DNA from: Eledone cirrhosa
Lineage: Eukaryota
Assembly (NCBI GenBank): GCA_964016885.1
Contig: OZ024744.1
Coordinates: 123,938,001 to 124,002,000 of the forward strand
Direction of reading: 5' to 3'
Length of the DNA stretch: 64,000 nt
The notes under the pieces were generated by a model. The model searched no databases, had not been told where the DNA came from, and saw only the letters and a list, made by a program, of their open reading frames with translations. The translations under genes were made by a program, and so were the position numbers. Positions 38,401 to 53,400 of this stretch are shown here, in pieces. The stretch's first letter is position 1; each line of letters begins with the position of its first letter.

Positions 38401-41400
38401 TCTGTAATAATTTGTCCAACCCATGACAGGTAGGACAATAGTCTGTAATAATTTGTCCAACCCATGTATGTAGGACAATAGTCTGTAATAACTTGTCCAA
38501 CCCATGACAGGTAGGACTATAGTCTGTAATAACTTGTCCAACCCATGACAGGTAGGACAATAGTCTGTAATAACTTGTCCAACCCATGACAGGTAAGACA
38601 ATAGTCTGTAATAACTTGTTAACCCATGACAGGTAAGACAATAGTCTGTAATAACTTGTCCAACGCATGACAGGTAGGACAATAGTCTGTAATAACTTGT
38701 CCAACCCATGACAGGTAGGAAATAGTCTGTAATAACTTGTCCAACCCATGACAGGTAGGACAATAGTTTGTAATAACTTGTCCAACCCATGACAGGTAGG
38801 ACAATAGTCTGTTATAACTTGTCCAACCCATGTATGTAGGACAATAGTCTATAATAACTTGTCCAACCCATGTATATAGGACGATAGTCTGTAATAACTT
38901 GTCCAACCCATGTATGTAGGACAATAGTCTGTAATAACTTGTCCAACCCATGTATATAGGACGATAGTCTGTAATAACTTATCCAACCCATGACAGGTAG
39001 GACAATAGTCTGTAATAACTTGTCCAACGCATGACAGGTAGGACAATAGTCTGTAATAACTTGCCCAACCCATGACAGGTAGGACAATAGTCTGTAATAA
39101 CTTGTCCAACCCATGTATATAGGACGATAGTCTGTAATAACTTATCCAACCCATGTATATAGGACGATAGTCTGTAATAACTTGTCCAACCCATGACAGG
39201 TAGGACAATAGTCTGTAACACCTTGTCCAACCCATGACAGGTAGGACAATAGTCTGTAATAACTTGTCCAACCCATGATAGGTAGGACAATAGTCTGTAA
39301 TAACTCGTCCAACCCATGTATGTAGGACAATAGTCTGTAATAACTTGTCCAACCCATGACAGGTAAGACAATATTCTGTAATAACTTGTCCAACCCATGA
39401 CAGGTAGGACAATAGTCTGTAATAACTCGTCCAACCCATGTATGTAGGACAATAGTCTGTAATAACTTGTCCAACCCATGACAGGTAAGACAATAGTCTG
39501 TAATAACTTGTCCAACCCATGCCAGGTAGGACAATAGTCTGTAATAACTCGTCTAACCCATGTATGTAGGACAATAGTCTGTAATAACTTGTTCAACCCA
39601 TGAAAGGTAGGACAATAGTCCGTAGTAACTTGTCCAACCCATGTATGTAGGACAATAGTCTGTAATAACTTGTCCAACCCATAACAGGTAGGACTATAGT
39701 CTGTAATAACTTGTCCAACCCATGACAGGTAGGACAATAGTCTGTAATAGCTTGTCCAACCCATGACAGGTAAGACAATAGTCTGTAATAACTTATCCAA
39801 CCCATGACAGGTAGGACAATAGTCTGTAATAACTTGTCCAACCCATGACAGGTAGGACAATAGTCTGTAATAACTTGTCCAACCCATGACAGGTAAGACA
39901 ATAGTCTGTAATAACTTGTTAACCCATGACAGGTAAGACAATAGTCTGTAATAACTTGTCCAACGCATGACAGGTAGGACAATAGTCTGTAATAACTTGT
40001 CCAACCCATGACAGGTAGGAAATAGTCTGTAATAACTTGTCCAACCCATGACAGGTAGGACAATAGTTTGTAATAACTTGTCCAACCCATGACAGGTAGG
40101 ACAATAGTCTGTTATAACTTGTCCAACCCATGTATGTAGGACAATAGTCTATAATAACTTGTCCAACCCATGTATATAGGACGATAGTCTGTAATAACTT
40201 GTCCAACCCATGTATGTAGGACAATAGTCTGTAATAACTTGTCCAACCCATGTATATAGGACGATAGTCTGTAATAACTTATCCAACCCATGACAGGTAG
40301 GACAATAGTCTGTAATAACTTGTCCAACGCATGACAGGTAGGACAATAGTCTGTAATAACTTGTCCAACCCATGACAGGTAGGACAATAGTCTGTAATAA
40401 CTTGTCCAACCCATGTATATAGGACGATAGTCTGTATATAACTTATCCAACCCATGTATATAGGACGATAGTCTGTAATAACTTGTTAACCCATGACAGG
40501 TAAGACAATAGTCTGTAATAACTTGTCCAACGCATGACAGGTAGGACAATAGTCTGTAATAACTTGTCCAACCCATGACAGGTAGGAAATAGTCTGTAAT
40601 AACTTGTCCAACCCATGACAGGTAGGACAATAGTTTGTAATAACTTGTCCAACCCATGACAGGTAGGACAATAGTCTGTTATAACTTGTCCAACCCATGT
40701 ATGTAGGACAATAGTCTATAATAACTTGTCCAACCCATGTATATAGGACGATAGTCTGTAATAACTTGTCCAACCCATGTATGTAGGACAATAGTCTGTA
40801 ATAACTTGTCCAACCCATGTATATAGGACGATAGTCTGTAATAACTTATCCAACCCATGACAGGTAGGACAATAGTCTGTAATAACTTGTCCAACGCATG
40901 ACAGGTAGGACAATAGTCTGTAATAACTTGTCCAACCCATGACAGGTAAGACAATAGTCTGTAATAACTTGTCCAACCCATGCCAGGTAGGACAATAGTC
41001 TGTAATAACTCGTCTAACCCATGTATGTAGGACAATAGTCTGTAATAACTTGTCCAACCCATGAAAGGTAGGACAATAGTCTGTAGTAACTTGTCCAACC
41101 CATGTATGTAGGACAATAGTCTGTAATAACTTGTCCAACCCATAACAGGTAGGACTATAGTCTGTAATAACTTGTCCAACCCATGACAGGTAGGACAATA
41201 GTCTGTAATAGCTTGTCCAACCCATGACAGGTAAGACAATAGTCTGTAATAACTTATCCAACCCATGACAGGTAGGACAATAGTCTGTAATAACTTGTCC
41301 AACCCATGACAGGTAGGACAATAGTCTGTAATAACTTGTCCAACCCATGTATATAGGACAATAGTCTGTAATAACTTGTCCAACCCATGTATGTAGGACA

Positions 41401-44400
41401 ATAGTCTGTAATAACTTGTCCAACCCATGTATGTAGGACAATAGTCTGTAATAACTTGTCAAACCCATGACAGGTAGGGCAATAGTCTGTAATAACTTGT
41501 CCAACCCATGTATGTAGGACACTAGTCTGTAATAACTTGTCTCGCCCATGACAGGTAGGACAATAGTCTGTAATAACCTGTCCAACCCATGTATGTAGGA
41601 CAATAGTCTGTATTAACTTGTCTCGCCCTTGACATATAGGACAATAGTCTGTAATAACTTGTCCAACCCATGACAGATAGGACAATAGTCTGTAATAACT
41701 TGGCCAACCCTTGACACGTAGGACAATAGTCTGTAATAACTTGTCCAACCCATGACAGGTAGGACAATAGTCTGTAATAACTTGTCCAACCCATGACAGG
41801 TAGGACAATAGTCTGTAATAACTTGTCCAACCCATGTATGTAGGACAATAGTCTGTAATAACTTGTCCAACCCATGTATGGAGGACAATAGTCTGTAATA
41901 ACTTGTCCAACCCATGTATGTAGGATAATAGTCTGTAATAACTTGTCCAACCAATGACAGGTAGGGCAATAGTCTGTAATAACTTGTCCAACCCATGACA
42001 GGTAGGACAATAGTCTGTAATAACTTGTCCAACCCATGACAGGTAGGACGATAGTCTGTAATAACTTGTCCAACCCATGTATGTAGGACAATAGTCTGTA
42101 ATAACTTGTCCAACCCATGTATGGAGGACAATAGTCTGTAATAACTTGTCCAGCCCATGTATGTAGGATAATAGTCTGTAATAACTTGTCCAACCAATGA
42201 CAGGTAGGGCAATAGTCTGTAATAACTTGTCCAACCCATGTATGTAGGACAATAGTCTGTAATAACTTGTTCAACCCATGTATGTAGGACAATAGTCTGT
42301 AATAACTTGTGTCGCCCTTGACATGTAGGACAATAGTCTGTAATAACTTGTCCAACCCATGACAGATAGGACAATAGTCTGTAATAACTTGTCCAACCCT
42401 TGACAGGTAGGACAATAGTCTGTAATAACTTGTCCAACCCATGACAGGTAGGACAATAGTCTGTAATAACTTGTCCAACCCATGACAGGTAGGACAATAC
42501 TCTGTAATAACTTGTCCAACCCATGTATGTAGGACAATAGTCTGTAATAACTTGTCCAACCCATGTATGGAGGACAATAGTCTGTAATAACTTGTCCAAC
42601 CCATGTATGTAGGATAATAGTCTGTAATAACTTGTCCAACCAATGACAGGTAGGGCAATAGTCTGTAATAACTTGTCCAACCCATGTATGTAGGACAATA
42701 GTCTGTAATAACTTGTCCAACCCATGTATGTAGGACAAAGTCTGTAATAACTTGTCCAACCCATGACAGGTAGGACAATAGTCTGTAATAACTTGTCCAA
42801 CCCATGACAGGTAGGATAATAGTCTGTAATAACTTGTCCAACCCATGACAGGTAGGACAATAGTCTATAATAACTTGTCCAACCCATGTATGTAGAACAA
42901 TAGTCTGTAATAACTTGTCCAACCCATGACAGGTAAGATAATAGTCTGTAATAACTTGTCCAACCCATGCCAGGTAGGACAATAGTCTGTAATAACTTGT
43001 CCAACCCATGACAGGTAAGACAATAGTCTGTAATAACTTGTCCAAACCATGACAGGTAGGAAATAGTCTGTAATAACTTGTCCAACCCATCTATATAGGA
43101 CAATAGTCTGTAATAACTTGTCCAGCCCATGACAGGTAGGACAATAGTCTGTAATAACTTGTCCAACCCATGACAGGTAGGACAATAGTCTGTAATAACT
43201 TGTCCAACCCATGACAGGTAGGGCAATAGTCTGTAATAACTTGTCCAACCCATGACAGGTAGGGCAATAGTCTGTAATAACTTGTCCAACCCATGACAGG
43301 TAGGGCAATAGTCTGTAATAACTTGTCCAACCCATGTATGTAGGACAATAGTCTGTAATAACTTGTCTCGCCCTTGACATGTAGGACAATAGTCTGTAAT
43401 AACTTGTCCAACCCATGACAGATAGGACAATAGTCTGTAATAACTTTTCCAACCCTTGACAGGTAGGACAATAGTCTGTAATAACTTGTCCAACCCATGA
43501 CAGGTAGGACAATAGTCTGTAATAACTTGTCCAACCCATGACAGGTAGGACAATAGTCTGTAATAACTTGTCCAACCCATGTATGTAGGACAATAGTCTG
43601 TAATAACTTGTCCAACCCATGTATGGAGGACAATAGTCTGTAATAACTTGTCCAACCCATGTATGTAGGATAATAGTCTGTAATAACTTGTCCAACCAAT
43701 GACAGGTAGGGCAATAGTCTGTAATAACTTGTCCAACCCATGTATGTAGGACAATAGTCTGTAATAACTTGTCCAACCCATGTATGTAGGACAAAGTCTG
43801 TAATAACTTGTCCAACCCATGACAGGTAGGATAATAGTCTGTAATAACTTGTCCAACCCATGACAGGTAGGACAATAGTCTGTAATAACTTGTCCAACCC
43901 ATGTATGTAGAACAATAGTCTGTAATAACTTGTCGAACCCATGACAGGTAGGACAATAGTCTGTAATAACTTGTCCAACCCATGACAGGTAGGACAATAG
44001 TCTGTAATAACTTGTCCAACCCATGACAGGTAGGACAATAGTCTGTAATAACTCGTCCAACCCATGTATATAGGACAATAGTCTGTAATAACTTGTCCAA
44101 CCCATGTATGTAGGACAATAGTATGTAATAACTTGTCCAACCCATGACAGGTAGGACAATAGTCTGTAATAACTTGTCCAACCCATGTATGTAGGACAAT
44201 AGTCTGTAATAACTTGTCCAACCCATGACAGGTAGGACTATAGTCTGTAATAACTTGTCCAACCCATGACACGTAGGACAATAGTCTGTAATAGCTTGTC
44301 CAACCCATGACAGGTAAGACAATAGTCTGTAATAACTTATCCAACCCATGACAGGTAGGACAATAGTCTGTAATAACTTGTCCAACCCATGACAGGTAAG

Positions 44401-47400
44401 ACAATAGTCTGTAATAACTTGTACAACCCATGCCAGGTAGGACAATAGTCTGTAATAACTTGTCCAACCCATGACAGGTAAGACAATAGTCTGTAATAAC
44501 TTGTCCAACCCATGACAGGTAGGACAATAGTCTGTAATAACTTGTCCAACCCATGACAGGTAGGAAATAGTCTGTAATAACTTGTCCAACCCCTGTATAT
44601 AGGACAATAGTCTGTAATAACTTGTCCAGCCCATGACAGGTAGGACAATAGTCTGTAATAACTTGTCCAACCCATGCCAGGTAGGACAAAGTCTGTAAAC
44701 ACTTGTCCAACCCATGACAGGTAGGGCAATAGTCTGTAATAACTTGTCCAACCCTTGACAGGTAGGACAATAGTCTGTAATAACTTGTCCAACCCATGTA
44801 TGTAGGACAATAGTCTGTAATAACTTGTCCAACCCATGTATGTAGGACAATAGTCTGTAATAACTTGTCCAAACCATGTATGTAGGACAATAGTCTGTAA
44901 TAACTTGTCCAACCCATGACAGGTAGGACAATAGTCTGTAATAACTTGTCCAACCTATGTATGTAGGACAATAGTCTGTAATAACTTGTCCAACCCATGT
45001 ATGTAGGACAATAGTCTGTAATAACTTGTCCCACCCATGACAGGTAGGACAATAGTCTGTAATAACTTGTCCAACCCATGTATGTAGGACAATAGTCTGT
45101 AATAACTTGTCCAACCCATGACAGGTAGGACAATAGTCTGTAATAACTTGTCCAACCCATGACAGCTAGGACAATAGTCTGTAATAACTTGTCCAACCCA
45201 TGTATGTAGGACTATAGTCAGTAATAACTTGTCCAACCCATGACAGGTAGGACAATAGTCTGTAATAACTTGTCCAATCCATGACAGGTAGGACAATAGT
45301 CTGTAATACCTTGTCCAACCAATGACAGGTAGGACAATAGTTTGTAATAACTTGTCCAACCAACGACAGGTAGGACAATAGTCTGTAATAACTTGTTCAA
45401 CCCATGTATGTAGGACAATAGTCTGTAATAACTTGTCCAACCCATGACAGGTAAGAGAATAGTCTGTAATAACTTGTCCAACCCATGTATGTAGGTCAAT
45501 AGCCTGTAATAACTTGTCCAACCCATGGCAGGTAGGACAATAGTCTGTAATAAATTGTCCAACCCATGACAGGTAGGACAATAGTCTGTAATAACTTGTC
45601 CAACCCATGACAGGTAGGACAATAGTCTGTAATAACTCGTCCAACCCATGTATGTAGGACAATAGTCTGTAATAACTTGTCCAACCCATGACAGGTAGGG
45701 CAATAGTCTGTAATAACTTGTCCAACCCATGACAGGTAGGGCAATAGTCTGTAATAACTTGTCCAACCCATGTATGTAGGACAATAGTCTGTAATAACTT
45801 GTCTCGCCCTTGACATGTAGGACAATAGTCTGTAATAACTTGTCCAACCCATGACAGATAGGACAATAGTCTGTAATAACTTTTCCAACCCTTGACAGGT
45901 AGGACAATAGTCTGTAATAACTTGTCCAACCCATGACAGGTAGGACAATAGTCTGTAATAACTTGTCCAACCCATGACAGGTAGGACTATAGTCTGTAAT
46001 AACTTGTCCAACCCATGACACGTAGGACAATAGTCTGTAATAGCTTGTCCAACCCATGACAGGTAAGACAATAGTCTGTAATAACTTATCCAACCCATGA
46101 CAGGTAGGACAATAGTCTGTAATAACTTGTCCAACCCATGACAGGTAAGACAATAGTCTGTAATAACTTGTACAACCCATGCCAGGTAGGACAATAGTCT
46201 GTAATAACTTGTCCAACCCATGACAGGTAAGACAATAGTCTGTAATAACTTGTCCAACCCATGACAGGTAGGACAATAGTCTGTAATAACTTGTCCAACC
46301 CATGACAGGTAGGAAATAGTCTGTAATAACTTGTCCAACCCCTGTATATAGGACAATAGTCTGTAATAACTTGTCCAGCCCATGACAGGTAGGACAATAG
46401 TCTGTAATAACTTGTCCAACCCATGCCAGGTAGGACAAAGTCTGTAAACACTTGTCCAACCCATGACAGGTAGGGCAATAGTCTGTAATAACTTGTCCAA
46501 CCCTTGACAGGTAGGACAATAGTCTGTAATAACTTGTCCAACCCATGTATGTAGGACAATAGTCTGTAATAACTTGTCCAACCCATGTATGTAGGACAAT
46601 AGTCTGTAATAACTTGTCCAACCCATGTATGTAGGACAATAGTCTGTAATAACTTGTCCAACCCATGACAGGTAGGACAATAGTCTGTAATAACTTGTCC
46701 AACCTATGTATGTAGGACAATAGTCTGTAATAACTTGTCCAACCCATGTATGTAGGACAATAGTCTGTAATAACTTGTCCCACCCATGACAGGTAGGACA
46801 ATAGTCTGTAATAACTTGTCCAACCCATGTATGTAGGACAATAGTCTGTAATAACTTGTCCAACCCATGACAGGTAGGACAATAGTCTGTAATAACTTGT
46901 CCAACCCATGACAGCTAGGACAATAGTCTGTAATAACTTGTCCAACCCATGTATGTAGGACTATAGTCAGTAATAACTTGTCCAACCCATGACAGGTAGG
47001 ACAATAGTCTGTAATAACTTGTCCAATCCATGACAGGTAGGACAATAGTCTGTAATACCTTGTCCAACCAATGACAGGTAGGACAATAGTTTGTAATAAC
47101 TTGTCCAACCAACGACAGGTAGGACAATAGTCTGTAATAACTTGTTCAACCCATGTATGTAGGACAATAGTCTGTAATAACTTGTCCAACCCATGACAGG
47201 TAAGAGAATAGTCTGTAATAACTTGTCCAACCCATGTATGTAGGTCAATAGCCTGTAATAACTTGTCCAACCCATGGCAGGTAGGACAATAGTCTGTAAT
47301 AAATTGTCCAACCCATGACAGGTAGGACAATAGTCTGTAATAACTTGTCCAACCCATGACAGGTAGGACAATAGTCTGTAATAACTCGTCCAACCCATGT

Positions 47401-50400
47401 ATGTAGGACAATAGTCTGTAATAACTTGTCCAACCCATGACAGGTAGGGCAATAGTCTGTAATAACTTGTCCAACCCATGACAGGTAGGGCAATAGTCTG
47501 TAATAACTTGTCCAACCCATGTATGTAGGACAATAGTCTGTAATAACTTGTCTCGCCCTTGACATGTAGGACAATAGTCTGTAATAACTTGTCCAACCCA
47601 TGACAGATAGGACAATAGTCTGTAATAACTTTTCCAACCCTTGACAGGTAGGACAATAGTCTGTAATAACTTGTCCAACCCATGACAGGTAGGATAATAG
47701 TCTGTAATAACTTGTCCAACCCATGACAGGTAGGACAATAGTCTGTAATAACTTGTCCAACCCATGTATGTAGGACAATAGTCTGTAATAACTTGTCCAA
47801 CCCATGTATGGAGGACAATAATCTGTAATAACTTGTCCAACCCATGTATGTAGGATAATAGTCTGTAATAACTTGTCCAACCAATGACAGGTAGGGCAAT
47901 AGTCTGTAATAACTTGTCCAACCCATGTATGTAGGACAATAGTCTGTAATAACTTGTCCAACCCATGTATGTAGGACAAAGTCTGTAATAACTTGTCCAA
48001 CCCATGACAGGTAGGATAATAGTCTGTAATAACTTGTCCAACCCATGACAGGTAGGACAATAGTCTGTAATAACTTGTCCAACCCATGTATGTAGAACAA
48101 TAGTCTGTAATAACTTGTCGAACCCATGACAGGTAGGACAATAGTCTGTAATAACTTGTCCAACCAATGACAGGTAAGACAATAGTCTGTAATAACTTGT
48201 CCAACCCATGCCAGGTAGGACAATAGTCTGTAATAACTTGTCCAACCCATGTATATAGGACAATAGTCTGTAATAACTTGTCCAACCCATGTATGTAGGA
48301 CAATAGTCTGTAATAACTTGTCCAACCCATGACAGGTAGGACAATAGTCTGTAATAACTTGTCCAACCCATGACAGGTAGGACAATAGTCTGTAATAACT
48401 TGTCCAACCCATGACAGGTAGGACAATAGTCTGTAATAACTTGTCCAACCCATGTATATAGGACAATAGTCTGTAATAACTTGTCCAACCCATGTATGTA
48501 GGACAATAGTCTGTAATAACTTGTCCAACCCATGTATGTAGGACAATAGTCTGTAATAACTTGTCCAACCCATGACAGGTAGGGCAATAGTCTGTAATAA
48601 CTTGTCCAACCCATGTATGTAGGACACTAGTCTGTAATAACTTGTCTCGCCCATGACAGGTAGGACAATAGTCTGTAATAACCTGTCCAACCCATGTATG
48701 TAGGACAATAGTCTGTATTAACTTGTCTCGCCCTTGACATATAGGACAATAGTCTGTAATAACTTGTCCAACCCATGACAGATAGGACAATAGTCTGTAA
48801 TAACTTGGCCAACCCTTGACACGTAGGACAATAGTCTGTAATAACTTGTCCAACCCATGACAGGTAGGACAATAGTCTGTAATAACTTGTCCAACCCATG
48901 ACAGGTAGGACAATAGTCTGTAATAACTTGTCCAACCCATGTATGTAGGACAATAGTCTGTAATAACTTGTCCAACCCATGTATGGAGGACAATAGTCTG
49001 TAATAACTTGTCCAACCCATATATGTAGCATAATAGTCTGTAATAACTTGTCCAACCAATGACAGGTAGGGCAATAGTCTGTAATAACTTGTCCAACCCA
49101 TGACAGGTAGGACAATAGTCTGTAATAACTTGGCCAACCCTTGACAGGTAGGACAATAGTCTGTAATAACTTGTCCAACCCATGACAGGTAGGACAATAG
49201 TCAGTAATAACTTGTCCAACCCATGACAGGTAGGACAATAGTCTGTAATAACTTGTCCAACCCATGTATGTAGGACAATAGTCTGTAATAACTTGTCCAA
49301 CCCATGTATGGAGGACAATTGTCTGTAATAACTTGTCCAACCCATGTATGTAGGATAATAGTCTGTAATAACTTGTCCAACCAATGACAGGTAGGGCAAT
49401 AGTCTGTAATAACTTGTCCAACCCATGACAGGTAGGACAATAGTCTGTAATAACTTGTCCAACCCATGACAGGTAGGACGATAGTCTGTAATAACTTGTC
49501 CAACCCATGTATGTAGGACAATAGTCTGTAATAACTTCTCCAACCCATGTATGGAGGACAATAGTCTGTAATAACTTGTCCAACCCATGACAGGTAGGAC
49601 GATAGTCTGTAATAACTTGTCCAACCCATGTATGTAGGACAATAGTCTGTAATAACTTGTCCAGCCCATGTAGGTAGGATAATAGTCTGTAATAACTTGT
49701 CCAACCAATGACAGGTAGGGCAATAGTCTGTAATAACTTGTCCAACCCATGTATGTAGGACAATAGTCTGTAATAACTTGTTCAACCCATGTATGTAGGA
49801 CAATAGTCTGTAATAACTTGTCTCGCCCTTGACATGTAGGACAATAGTCTGTAATAACTTGTCCAACCCATGACAGATAGGACAATAGTCTGTAATAACT
49901 TGTCCAACCCTTGACAGGTAGGACAATAGTCTGTAATAACTTGTCCAACCCATGACAGGTAGGACAATAGTCTGTAATAACTTGTCCAACCCATGACAGG
50001 TAGGACAATAGTCTGTAATAACTTGTCCAACCCATGTATGTAGGACAATAGTCTGTAATAACTTGTCCAACCCATGTATGGAGGACAATAGTCTGTAATA
50101 ACTTGTCCAACCCATGTATGTAGGATAATAGTCTGTAATAACTTATCCAACCCATGACAGGTAGGACAATAGTCTGTAATAGCTTGTGCAACCCATGACA
50201 GGTAAGACAATAGTCTGTAATAACTTATCCAACCCATGATAGGTAGGACAATAGTCTGTAATAACTTGTCCAACCCATGACAGGTAAGACAATAGTCTGT
50301 AATAACTTGTCCAACCCATGCCAGGTAGGACAATAGTCTGTAATAACTTGTCCAACCCATGACAGGTAAGACAATAGTCTGTAATAACTTGTCCAACCCA

Positions 50401-53400
50401 TGATAGGTAGGAAATAGTCTGTAATAGCTTGTCCAACCCATCTATATAGGACAATAATCTGTAATAACTTGTCCAGCCCATGACAGGTAGGACAATAGTC
50501 TGTAATAACTTGTCCAACCCATGACAGGTAGGGCAATAGTCTGTAATAACTTGTCCAACCCATGACAGGTAGGGCAATAGTCTGTAATAACTTGTCCAAC
50601 CCATGACAGGTAGGGCAATAGTCTGTAATAACTTGTCCAACCCATGTATGTAGGACAATAGTCTGTAATAACTTGTCTCGCCCATGACAGGTAGGACAAT
50701 AGTCTGTAATAACTTGTCTCGCCCTTGACATGTAGGACAATAGTCTGTAATAACTTCTCCAACCCATGACAGATAGGACAATAGTCTGTAATAACTTGTC
50801 CAACCCTTGACAGGTAGGACAATAGTCTGTAATAACTTGTCCAACGCATGACAGGTAGGACAATAATCTGTAATAACTTGTCCAACCCATGTATGTAGTA
50901 TAATAGTCTGTAATAACTTGTCCAACCCATGTATGATGGACAATTGTCTGTAATAACTTGTCCAACCCATGTATGTAGGATAATAGTCTGTAATAACTTG
51001 TCCAACCCATGACAGGTAGGATAATAGTCTGTAATAACTTGTCCAAGCCATGACAGGTAGGACAATAGTCTGTAATAACTTGTCCAACCCATGTATGTAG
51101 GACAGTAGTCTGTAATAACTTGTCCAACCCATGACAGATAGGACAATAGTCTGTAATAACTTGTCCAACCCATGACAGGTAGGACAATAGTCTGTAATAA
51201 CTTGTCCAACCCATGACAGGTAAGACAATAGTCTGTAATAACTTGTTAACCCATGACAGGTAAGACAATAGTCTGTAATAACTTGTCCAACGCATGACAG
51301 GTAGGACAATAGTCTGTAATAACTTGTCCAACCCATGACAGGTAGGAAATAGTCTGTAATAACTTGTCCAACCCATGACAGGTAGGACAATAGTTTGTAA
51401 TAACTTGTCCAACCCATGACAGGTAGGACAATAGTCTGTTATAACTTGTCCAACCCATGTATGTAGGACAATAGTCTATAATAACTTGTCCAACCCATGT
51501 ATATAGGACGATAGTCTGTAATAACTTGTCCAACCCATGTATGTAGGACAATAGTCTGTAATAACTTGTCCAACCCATGTATATAGGACGATAGTCTGTA
51601 ATAACTTATCCAACCCATGACAGGTAGGACAATAGTCTGTAATAACTTGTCCAACGCATGACAGGTAGGACAATAGTCTGTAATAACTTGTCCAACCCAT
51701 GACAGGTAGGACAATAGTCTGTAATAACTTGTCCAACCCATGTATATAGGACGATAGTCTGTATATAACTTATCCAACCCATGTATATAGGACGATAGTC
51801 TGTAATAACTTGTCCAACCCATGACAGGTAGGACAATAGTCTGTAACACCTTGTCCAACCCATGACAGGTAGGACAATAGTCTGTAATAACTTGTCCAAC
51901 CCATGATAGGTAGGACAATAGTCTGTAATAACTCGTCCAACCCATGTATGTAGGACAATAGTCTGTAATAACTTGTCCAACCCATGACAGGTAAGACAAT
52001 ATTCTGTAATAACTTGTCCAACCCATGACAGGTAGGGCAATAGTCTGTAATAACTCGTCCAACCCATGTATGTAGGACAATAGTCTGTAATAACTTGTCC
52101 AACCCATGACAGGTAAGACAATAGTCTGTAATAACTTGTCCAACCCATGCCAGGTAGGACAATAGTCTGTAATAACTCGTCTAACCCATGTATGTAGGAC
52201 AATAGTCTGTAATAACTTGTCCAACCCATGAAAGGTAGGACAATAGTCTGTAGTAACTTGTCCAACCCATGTATGTAGGACAATAGTCTGTAATAACTTG
52301 TCCAACCCATAACAGGTAGGACTATAGTCTGTAATAACTTGTCCAACCCATGACAGGTAGGACAATAGTCTGTAATAGCTTGTCCAACCCATGACAGGTA
52401 AGACAATAGTCTGTAATAACTTATCCAACCCATGACAGGTAGGACAATAGTCTGTAATAACTTGTCCAACCCATGACAGGTAGGACAATAGTCTGTAATA
52501 ACTTGTCCAACCCATGTATATAGGACAATAGTCTGTAATAACTTGTCCAACCCATGTATCTAGGACAATAGTCTGTAATAACTTGTCCAACCCATGTATG
52601 TAGGACAATAGTCTGTAATAACTTGTCCAACCCATGACAGGTAGGGCAATAGTCTGTAATAACTTGTCCAACCCATGTATGTAGGACACTAGTCTGTAAT
52701 AACTTGTCTCGCCCATGACAGGTAGGACAATAGTCTGTAATAACCTGTCCAACCCATGTATGTAGGACAATAGTCTGTATTAACTTGTCTCGCCCTTGAC
52801 ATATAGGACAATAGTCTGTAATAACTTGTCCAACCCATGACAGATAGGACAATAGTCTGTAATAACTTGGCCAACCCTTGACACGTAGGACAATAGTCTG
52901 TAATAACTTGTCCAACCCATGACAGGTAGGACAATAGTCTGTAATAACTTGTCCAACCCATGACAGGTAGGACAATAGTCTGTAATAACTTGTCCAACCC
53001 ATGTATGTAGGACAATAGTCTGTAATAACTTGTCCAACCCATAACAGGTAGGACTATAGTCTGTAATAACTTGTCCAACCCATGACAGGTAGGACAATAG
53101 TCTGTAATAGCTTGTCCAACCCATGACAGGTAAGACAATAGTCTGTAATAACTTATCCAACCCATGACAGGTAGGACAATAGTCTGTAATAACTTGTCCA
53201 ACCCATGACAGGTAGGACAATAGTCTGTAATAACTTGTCCAACCCATGTATATAGGACAATAGTCTGTAATAACTTGTCCAACCCATGTATGTAGGACAA
53301 TAGTCTGTAATAACTTGTCCAACCCATGTATGTAGGACAATAGTCTGTAATAACTTGTCCAACCCATGACAGGTAGGGCAATAGTCTGTAATAACTTGTC

